Source: Nonlabens sp.
GTDB taxonomy: Bacteria; Bacteroidota; Bacteroidia; Flavobacteriales; Flavobacteriaceae
Length of the DNA: 64,000 bases
Assembly: GCA_036796335.1 (NCBI GenBank)
Contig: DAIRDE010000008.1
Coordinates: 1,777-65,776, forward strand
Reading direction: 5' to 3'
A model generated the notes under the pieces. The model was not told the origin of the DNA. It searched no databases and saw only the letters and a list, made by a program, of their open reading frames with translations. This document shows, piece after piece, positions 57,670 to 64,000 of the stretch; within the stretch, counting starts at the first letter, position 1; every line of letters begins with the position of its first letter. Both the position numbers and the translations under genes were made by a program.

Positions 57670-58386
57670 CTACAAGAAATAAAACTCTAATCCAAATTTA
57701 ATAGGCTGTAGGTTTAATCTCTCGCCATTCACCATAGCACTTTCGCTAAATAGAGGGTTCAAATCATATTGTACAAAACCATTAAAACTACCGTTACCAA
57801 CAGTAAAGGTTGCCGCATACCTAAAAAGATCCAACTCAGGGATATTGCGATTTCTTACAGATAGATCATCACCATCAAATTTTGATACATGTGAAAAAAC
57901 ATAGGAAACCTTAAAACCCGTGTGTATACGCCAAAATGTATGCGTTGTAGCAGTAGAAGTGCGCCACCTGTATTGTATAGGCATCTCTATCAGGTTTGTA
58001 ACCAACCTATTGCGATCTACGGCTGTATTATCTGGAAGAATGTCAAAGGTTGTGCTATTATTTACAGTCTCACCGATAAACAGATTTGTATTAAAAATAC
58101 TGCGAGCTAGACCTAAACCGATTCCTATAGCTTTATTCCTACGTTTGTTGAATGGCATATCCCTAATAACCCCTAATTGCACACCGCCTGAAAATCCGTT
58201 TTGTGAAAAACCACTAGGCTGATTATTTAATAAATTAAATGCTAGGGACACATAAACCTGATCCTCTCTATACATAGAATCAACTACCACAGGAATAGCG
58301 TTTGCTGCTTTTTGATTTTTTGCTTGACCTATTGCAAAAAAAGGAAAACAAATACACATCATCAATACAATTTTTCTCATAAGCAA
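57670..58386 (-). CDS. small outer-membrane beta-barrel (porin family) protein
   Basis: Signal peptide, alternating beta-strand pattern, and C-terminal LEFYFL. Confidence 0.6.
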   Translation of the reverse strand: MLMRKIVLMMCICFPFFAIGQAKNQKAANAIPVVVDSMYREDQVYVSLAFNLLNNQPSGFSQNGFSGGVQLGVIRDMPFNKRRNKAIGIGLGLARSIFNTNLFIGETVNNSTTFDILPDNTAVDRNRLVTNLIEMPIQYRWRTSTATTHTFWRIHTGFKVSYVFSHVSKFDGDDLSVRNRNIPELDLFRYAATFTVGNGSFNGFVQYDLNPLFSESAMVNGERLNLQPIKFGLEFYFL

Positions 58387-58411
58387 TAGGTATTATCTAA
58401 CCACAGTGATT

Positions 58412-58440
58412 AAAAAAGCCAGCTGTTAAAAGCTGGCTTT
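58412..58440 (-). terminator. intrinsic terminator after the exbB-exbD cluster
   Basis: 8-bp stem AGCCAGCT/AGCTGGCT (58417..58424 and 58431..58438) with a 6-nt loop, followed by a T6 run on the minus strand. Confidence 0.55.
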
Positions 58441-58462
58441 ATAAAAACATTTCAAATTCTTA

Positions 58463-58948
58463 TTATCGATTCAAGTTTTTCATAGGATCACCGTTAACCG
58501 CCGTATAATTAATCTTTAAAGCATTTGCGCGGCGCAATTGCTCTTTTACATCAGTTAACACCCCCACGGTAGCTTCACCATCTACTTTTAAAGAAACCAT
58601 CATCTGGTCCTTTATATCCTCGGCCATGCCGTTTCTTTTAGTGTTTACAAAATCATACACACGCTCTGGCGGAGAGATTTTATCACCTAATTGAACAACT
58701 GCGGTATTACCAAATTGCTTTTGGTAAGCGGCAGTGGGCTTTCCTATGTAAATATATACTAATTTATTGCGTTCCTCAAGCTTTTCTACTTGATTAGCCA
58801 TCGGCAACCTGTTTTCTACACTCAATTCGTCCTCACGCATTACCGTAGCAACCATGAAGAAGAACAAGAGCATGAAAACGATATCTGGTAGCGACGCTGT
58901 AGAGATAGCAGGAACTTCACCACCTTTCTTTTTTGAAAACTTTGACAT
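58463..58948 (-). CDS. exbD: biopolymer transporter ExbD/TolR family
   Basis: The N-terminus ..LPDIVFMLLFFFMVATVM and the ~160-aa size fit the family. Confidence 0.85.
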   Translation of the reverse strand: MSKFSKKKGGEVPAISTASLPDIVFMLLFFFMVATVMREDELSVENRLPMANQVEKLEERNKLVYIYIGKPTAAYQKQFGNTAVVQLGDKISPPERVYDFVNTKRNGMAEDIKDQMMVSLKVDGEATVGVLTDVKEQLRRANALKINYTAVNGDPMKNLNR

Positions 58949-58953
58949 AATAA

Positions 58954-59577
58954 TTAGTTTTTAATAGGCTCACCCTCGGACAAATTACGAGGATATAAAT
59001 CTGCAATTTTCTTAATCTTCTCCTCTAACTGGCTATATTCTGGTTGATCACGTTCTTCCTTAGGCCACTCCGCAAGTCTTTTAACCATTAGTGTATAGGC
59101 CTCACCATAGCGTGCAACAGCCTCGCGATCTCTAAGAACATTGTAGGCCTTAACTAACTCATTCATAACCGTCGCATAGGTATTGTACGATGCTAGCCTG
59201 TCATTAAAAAGAGATATCACAGCTTTTTTTGGACTTTCAGAAGACATAGGATCACGTTCTCCCTGGCAATAATCACAAGCGTTAATACCCGATCCTGCCC
59301 CATTGTCTAAAAACTTTTGCGCTGCTTCGCTCAACTCTTTTATATCCATCGGTTCTTTACCAACTAAAAGTTGATTATCGGCGTTAACAATAACCTGAAA
59401 AACATTTTCGGGTCTGAATTGTGGTGGTGGAATATTATCGTCTTGTTCAGGCGGTAGTTTACTCGTAATCCCGCTATCCACCTCTATGGTCGTTGTTACA
59501 AGAAAGAAAATGAGAAGCAAGAAGGCGATGTCTGCCATGGAACCTGCGTTTACTTCTGGAGCTGCTCTTTTTGCCAT
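58954..59577 (-). CDS. exbD: biopolymer transporter ExbD/TolR family (long form)
   Basis: N-terminal motif EVNAGSMADIAFLLLIFFLVTTTI. Confidence 0.8.
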   Translation of the reverse strand: MAKRAAPEVNAGSMADIAFLLLIFFLVTTTIEVDSGITSKLPPEQDDNIPPPQFRPENVFQVIVNADNQLLVGKEPMDIKELSEAAQKFLDNGAGSGINACDYCQGERDPMSSESPKKAVISLFNDRLASYNTYATVMNELVKAYNVLRDREAVARYGEAYTLMVKRLAEWPKEERDQPEYSQLEEKIKKIADLYPRNLSEGEPIKN

Positions 59578-59583
59578 GATAAA

Positions 59584-60051
59584 TTATTTTTTGAGTGATT
59601 TAGACACGCTTGCCCAAACGACAGATGCTACCGCAATTGTTCCCACAATATAGAACGTGATGATAGAGGCACCTATTACCTTTGACTCGCCAGGAGTAAT
59701 TGGGTCGTTGCCAGTATCAACAAGTTCGTTGAAAAAAGAAGCATCATCACCACTAGAAAGAACGTAAGAAATACCAATGATAACCACAGCAATACCTACG
59801 GCGATACCTGCACTTTTAAGTTTTGCAGGACTGGCCAATAAATTTTTTACAAGAAATGCTACAACGAGGGCTACCGCTATAAACATTGTTATGTAAGTAA
59901 GTATCATCATAGGTGAGATGGTAACGCTTTGTACACCACCTTTATCGGCTGCAACTGCCTCATCTCCTACGCTTGTTGTGTAAATAAAAAACACACCCGC
60001 TAGAATACAAAGACCTAGAACAACATATTTTAATGCTTTATGTAAAACCAT
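59584..60051 (-). CDS. 4-TM membrane protein of the exb cluster, function unknown
   Basis: Hydrophobic 155-aa ORF tightly packed between exbB and exbD. Confidence 0.5.
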   Translation of the reverse strand: MVLHKALKYVVLGLCILAGVFFIYTTSVGDEAVAADKGGVQSVTISPMMILTYITMFIAVALVVAFLVKNLLASPAKLKSAGIAVGIAVVIIGISYVLSSGDDASFFNELVDTGNDPITPGESKVIGASIITFYIVGTIAVASVVWASVSKSLKK

Positions 60052-60075
60052 TATTAGGGTTTTTAAATGTTAAAA

Positions 60076-60879
60076 TTATTTTTTACCATTCTTGAAATCT
60101 ACAAGAATGTCTATAAGGGTGATAGAAGCGTCTTCCATATCATTAACGATCGCATCTATTTTTGCAATGATGTAGTTGTAAAATATTTGTAAAAATATCG
60201 CAACTACAAGACCGAATACTGTTGTAAGAAGTGCCACTTTAATACCTGTTGCAACAAGAGTAGGATCCATTGCTCCAGCAGCAGCAATACTGTCAAAAGA
60301 CTGAATCATCCCTATAACCGTACCCATGAAACCAAGCATAGGAGCAAGAGCGATAAATAAAGAAACCCAAGAAACGTTTTTCTCTAATTGACCCATTTGT
60401 ACGCCACCATAAGCGACAACTGCCTTTTCTGCAGCCTCGATGCTTTCATTAGCGCGATCTAGACCTTGATAATATATAGATGCTACTGGACCTTTTGTGT
60501 TGCGACAAATATCCTTTGCAGCTTCTACACCGCCGCTTCTTAAGGCAGACTGCACATCCTCGGCAAGTTTTTTAGAGTTTGTGGTAGAAAGGTTTAAGTA
60601 GATAATTCTTTCTATTGCAATAGCTAGTCCTAGAATAAGACATAATAGAACGATTCCCATAAAGAACGGACCTCCTTCAATAAAGCGTCTTTTTAACTCT
60701 TGATGAAAAGTTACATCTTGTTTAGGCTCGTCGGCAGCTGCTGCCTCGTCTTGTGTTGCCGTTGTAGCAGCGTTGATTGTAATCGTGGTTAATGCAGTTG
60801 TTGAAGTTGCAGATGCGTTTGTAGACGTTCCTAACATCATAACTACTGCCATGAACAAAATTGAAAGTGATCGTTTCAT
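60076..60879 (-). CDS. exbB: MotA/TolQ/ExbB proton channel family protein
   Basis: Signature APMLGFMGTVIGMIQSF, three TM segments, and a Thr/Ala-rich N-terminal periplasmic extension. Confidence 0.9.
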   Translation of the reverse strand: MKRSLSILFMAVVMMLGTSTNASATSTTALTTITINAATTATQDEAAAADEPKQDVTFHQELKRRFIEGGPFFMGIVLLCLILGLAIAIERIIYLNLSTTNSKKLAEDVQSALRSGGVEAAKDICRNTKGPVASIYYQGLDRANESIEAAEKAVVAYGGVQMGQLEKNVSWVSLFIALAPMLGFMGTVIGMIQSFDSIAAAGAMDPTLVATGIKVALLTTVFGLVVAIFLQIFYNYIIAKIDAIVNDMEDASITLIDILVDFKNGKK

Positions 60880-61162
60880 TTGAAAATTATTGTTTATTTG
60901 TTTTTTTCAGTTAAGGGGTAAATATATAATTCTTTCGGCGAAAATAGAACAATTCATATAAAGCTATCATTAAATTTTACTAGAAATTTATTTTTTAATA
61001 GAAACTTGTCTAAAAACACCTTTCTTATCCATGATAACAACCTTGTTTAAAGATTATTGTAAAGCACTGCTTGTTTTAAAGGCCATTATCGCTACAGGCC
61101 AGATTAAAAACATAAGTAAGTGTGCACAGTCTTTTCATGTTCATTTTCTAGGGAAATCTGTT

Positions 61163-63076
61163 TTACTCTTGAAAAATAGGTGCCTGTTTTATTCCTGGCA
61201 AATTATTGCCTACTTGCACTGCACTACTTCCTAAAATAGTTACTTGCCCGACAGTAAAGTCTGCTGCAGTGGCTTCAAAAATATTGTCCACATACTTTTG
61301 TGGGTTGCAGTCTATATAAGGAAACCATGTGCTGTGAATTTGAATCATGATGCGGTGGCCTTTTTTAAAGGTGTGTAAAATATCTTGTAATGGAAAGTTT
61401 ACTGTTTCTTGAGCACCTTCTTCAAATGGTTCTGGTTTTGAAAAATCATTTCTAAAACGTCCTCTAAACGTCTCGGCACGCACAAGCTGCTGGTAGCCTG
61501 CAAGTGTCACATGTTTTGGAGTTTTTTCATGATTTTCTTCATCATCTGGATAGACATCGATTAGTTTTACGATAAAGTCGGCATCTGTAATCCCGTTAAG
61601 AATAACTTCTAGATTTGCCTGTATTTCTCCTGCTAGTGTTACATCGTCGGCGAGCACAGGGGTTTTAAAAGTGAGTACATCGGGTCTGCGCGAGGCGTGT
61701 CGCTGGTCGTCGGTCATGTATGCTCTAGGAGTAAAGGTTACTGGTGTAATCTCACTTCTAAAAGGAACCGGTTTTGCTGGGTCACTTACATAAGAAAAGG
61801 ATACCGAATTATCACTTACCTTGTTAATAAGCAATTCCTCGTTCTTACCAAAGCCTAAAGTCACCTGATTATCTACCGGTGGCCACACATTAAAGGTTTT
61901 CCATTCTTTTTTCCCGGTGTCAAACATGTAAGCCTCTGGCATAGGCTTCATAGCTGTACCCCTAAGATGATGCTCAAAAAAAGGCGTCTCTATATTGCGT
62001 TGATAAAAGGTAGAAATGCTATCGCCAAAGTAAATATGATTCACCATTTGACTGCCCGGCTCTCGTGACCAGTTGCCGTGGCTCCATGGACCCATGACAA
62101 TGGTGTTGCTCTTTATTTTTGGATTGTTGCGCTCTAGTTTTTTGTAAATATTTAACGGACCGTAGAGATCCTCGGCATCAAACCAGCCGCCCACCGTCAT
62201 CACTGCATGCTTTACATTTGTAAGATGCGGTATGATGGAACGTTTTTGCCAAAACTCGTCATAATTAGGGTGGGTTGCAACATCTTTCCAAAAGAAATTA
62301 TCTGGGAAAATATTTTTAGTAACGTTGCTAAGCGGTCCTATGTTCATATTAAAGTCATAGGTGTCTTTCATGTTGCCAGCCTTGCGCATAGCATCCCATT
62401 TATCGTCATACCAGCTTTTGGTAGTAGGCTCGGTCTGGTGGCCGAAAACTGGGTAAGCCATTAAATAACTTTGCAATGTCGCCCCCATGTGGTGAAAATC
62501 GTCAAAATAAAAATCGCCGATAGGTGCTTGTGGTGAAGATGCGACCAGTGCAGGATGTGCCTCGGGCAATGCAGCTGCTGTATAAAATCCAGGGTAAGAA
62601 ATTCCCCATTGTCCTACTTTCCCGTTGTTGTTAGGTATGTTTTTAAGAAGCCAGGCAATCGTGTCATAGGTGTCAGAGCTCTCGTCGATGTCCTTCTTGT
62701 TTTTAGGATTGTTCCCAGCGATATGTGGACGCATGTTGTCAAAATCACCTTCACTCATCCAGCGACCGCGCACATCTTGGTACACAAAAATGTACCCCTT
62801 TTCCATAAGCATGGGATTAGGTCCTAATCGCGCAGGGAATTTATCATCGCCATAAGGTGCCACACTATAACAAGTGCGTTGCATTAAAATAGGTGATTTT
62901 TCGGTGGCGTTTTTTGGTGTGTAGACGGTGGTGTAAAGTTTTACGCCGTCCCGCATGGCTACCTGATAGGATTTTTTATTATAATGGTCTTTAACATTAA
63001 ATGTGCTTTTTGGGGATTGCGCTTTCGCGAAAGCGAAACTACCCACAACCAATAGTGCTAATAGAAATTTTTTCAT
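61163..63076 (-). CDS. CocE/NonD family (S15, X-Pro dipeptidyl-peptidase-like) hydrolase
   Basis: 637 aa with a signal peptide, a nucleophile-elbow-like GISYPG, and a C-terminal jelly-roll region of typical length. Confidence 0.8.
   Translation of the reverse strand: MKKFLLALLVVGSFAFAKAQSPKSTFNVKDHYNKKSYQVAMRDGVKLYTTVYTPKNATEKSPILMQRTCYSVAPYGDDKFPARLGPNPMLMEKGYIFVYQDVRGRWMSEGDFDNMRPHIAGNNPKNKKDIDESSDTYDTIAWLLKNIPNNNGKVGQWGISYPGFYTAAALPEAHPALVASSPQAPIGDFYFDDFHHMGATLQSYLMAYPVFGHQTEPTTKSWYDDKWDAMRKAGNMKDTYDFNMNIGPLSNVTKNIFPDNFFWKDVATHPNYDEFWQKRSIIPHLTNVKHAVMTVGGWFDAEDLYGPLNIYKKLERNNPKIKSNTIVMGPWSHGNWSREPGSQMVNHIYFGDSISTFYQRNIETPFFEHHLRGTAMKPMPEAYMFDTGKKEWKTFNVWPPVDNQVTLGFGKNEELLINKVSDNSVSFSYVSDPAKPVPFRSEITPVTFTPRAYMTDDQRHASRRPDVLTFKTPVLADDVTLAGEIQANLEVILNGITDADFIVKLIDVYPDDEENHEKTPKHVTLAGYQQLVRAETFRGRFRNDFSKPEPFEEGAQETVNFPLQDILHTFKKGHRIMIQIHSTWFPYIDCNPQKYVDNIFEATAADFTVGQVTILGSSAVQVGNNLPGIKQAPIFQE
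63020..63035. repeat. palindrome copy 14 (perfect, encodes the end of the S15 peptidase signal peptide, AFAKAQ)
   Basis: Read directly from the sequence. The peptide context is GSFAFAKAQSPK. Confidence 0.97.
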
Positions 63077-63189
63077 AGGATAAATTTATGGTTGAAAATT
63101 AGAAAGCATTAAAACCAAATTATCTTAATAAAAACCAAAAATATTGCTATAACACGCTACAGCATGTTTTTACTTTTAAAATCCTGTGG

Positions 63190-64000
63190 CTATTGTACGA
63201 TTAGTTTCTTAGTTATTGAGCCAGTTGTTGTACTTAATTTTAAGAAATACATGCCAGACGCCACTGCCGACAGGTCGATGCTGTGGTTAGGTGTTGTTAC
63301 CTTGTTTTTACGCAAAATTTCTTTGCCACTTATATCATAAACGGCGTAATCTAGTTGCTGGTCGCCGTTCCATGTTAGGGTAAATAACCCTGAAGACGGG
63401 TTGGGATACACGTTGAAAAGACTATCTAGAGCAAGGTCTGCTGTGTTTAAAGTGCCTGTTACCACAAAATTGTCGATGATGGCGCCCTCTTTAGTTACAC
63501 TGTCATCGGTATGAAGTACAAATCTAAAAGCAACCGATGATAGGTTGCCCAGAATGGTAAACGGGTGCGCATATCTTTTTGACACGATATCTGTACCTGT
63601 CCATTGCGCACCTACACAATTAAAACAGTTTGTAGCATTAGGTACGTTGCTAGAATTATACCAGTTAGGCGCCGTTGCGTCACCTAGAATGTTCCAGGTA
63701 ACACCATTGTCTATGGAATACTGCATATATAGGATGTCCCAATTTAATTCTAGATCATAGGACATATCAAATTCGACAGTCGGGTTTGTAACAGCCGTGA
63801 GGTCATAGCACCCAGAGTACAGGTAGGCGATGGTATTATTAGGATAGTTTCCCGATAAATTTGTAGCATAAACCTGTGATCCTGCTGGTGCCTGGTTTAA
63901 TAAAACTCCTGTGGGCACACCCCGCTCCCAAACCGCTGTGCCACCACTCGCATTATTGGTTAAAAAACTGCGGTTTTCAAATCCATAGACATCGTTTGCC
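63190..64000 (-). CDS. T9SS-secreted protein, C-terminal part (gene runs off the right edge)
   Basis: The frame stays open to position 64000 in my hand translation (..NDVYGFENRSFLTNNASGGTAVWERGVPTG..). The C-terminus NVYPNPSSGLFTLTW..GMYFLKLSTTTGSITKKLIVQ is a type A T9SS sorting domain. Confidence 0.75.
   Translation of the reverse strand, partial: ANDVYGFENRSFLTNNASGGTAVWERGVPTGVLLNQAPAGSQVYATNLSGNYPNNTIAYLYSGCYDLTAVTNPTVEFDMSYDLELNWDILYMQYSIDNGVTWNILGDATAPNWYNSSNVPNATNCFNCVGAQWTGTDIVSKRYAHPFTILGNLSSVAFRFVLHTDDSVTKEGAIIDNFVVTGTLNTADLALDSLFNVYPNPSSGLFTLTWNGDQQLDYAVYDISGKEILRKNKVTTPNHSIDLSAVASGMYFLKLSTTTGSITKKLIVQ

Noticed and set aside
58463-60879. The exbB / membrane protein / exbD / exbD cluster lacking an adjacent tonB gene, considered as an unusual system.
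   Set aside because: This four-gene layout is common in Bacteroidota, and TonB paralogs are encoded elsewhere (two in this window). Nothing in the sequence suggests a novel function.
423-63035. The palindrome being a cloning, adaptor or assembly artefact.
   Set aside because: Every coding copy preserves the reading frame and sits in a plausible peptide context. The flanks differ between copies, and near-copies with single mismatches exist. All of this argues for genuine genomic sequence, though raw reads should still be checked.
1-64000. CRISPR arrays, IS elements, integrases, phage genes, or defence systems (R-M, Abi, CBASS and similar).
   Set aside because: I found no direct-repeat/spacer arrays, no transposase or recombinase-like ORFs and no recognisable defence gene motifs on either strand. 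The only accessory-like DNA is the decayed islet at 25.3-27.3 kb.

Overview
This 64-kb segment looks like ordinary chromosome from a Flavobacteriia-type (Bacteroidota) genome, roughly 40% GC by eye. The taxonomic call rests on the T9SS translocon gene sprA, T9SS C-terminal sorting domains, an Alternative Complex III (actABCDEF) plus cytochrome c oxidase II/I cluster, a DUF2723 glycosyltransferase, TAnnTTTG -7 promoter boxes and tightly packed operons. I call about 50 protein genes, most of them housekeeping: tyrS, a pyrC-like gene, hemD, pckA, gcvH, ruvA, maeB, ruvB, rimP-nusA-infB, asnS, rpoN and exbB-exbD-exbD. There is one tRNA-Gln(UUG). I saw no rRNA, CRISPR array, transposase or integrase, and no recognisable defence or mobile island.

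The strongest unexplained signal is a perfect 16-bp palindrome, CGCTTTCGCGAAAGCG. It occurs 12 times exactly and 3 times nearly, in intergenic DNA and inside 10 unrelated ORFs, where it is read in all three frames. This resembles the cyanobacterial HIP1 phenomenon but with a much longer motif.

Other points worth a second look:
- A 1135-bp-period tandem duplication creates two TonB-like paralogs and a vanZ gene fragment, with oddly mosaic identity between the copies.
- A TonB_C-like domain is fused to a Wzi-like barrel in the gene next to that pair.
- A roughly 2-kb gene-decay islet holds an intact antitoxin and a dead RelE/ParE toxin.
- A cytochrome P450 gene overlaps ruvB by ATGA, suggesting translational coupling.
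- An intrinsic-terminator-like hairpin sits in the rimP-nusA-infB leader.
- The DUF2723 gene and a CE4 deacetylase gene overlap by one base.

All functional names come from motif recognition and memory of family annotations. No searches were run.
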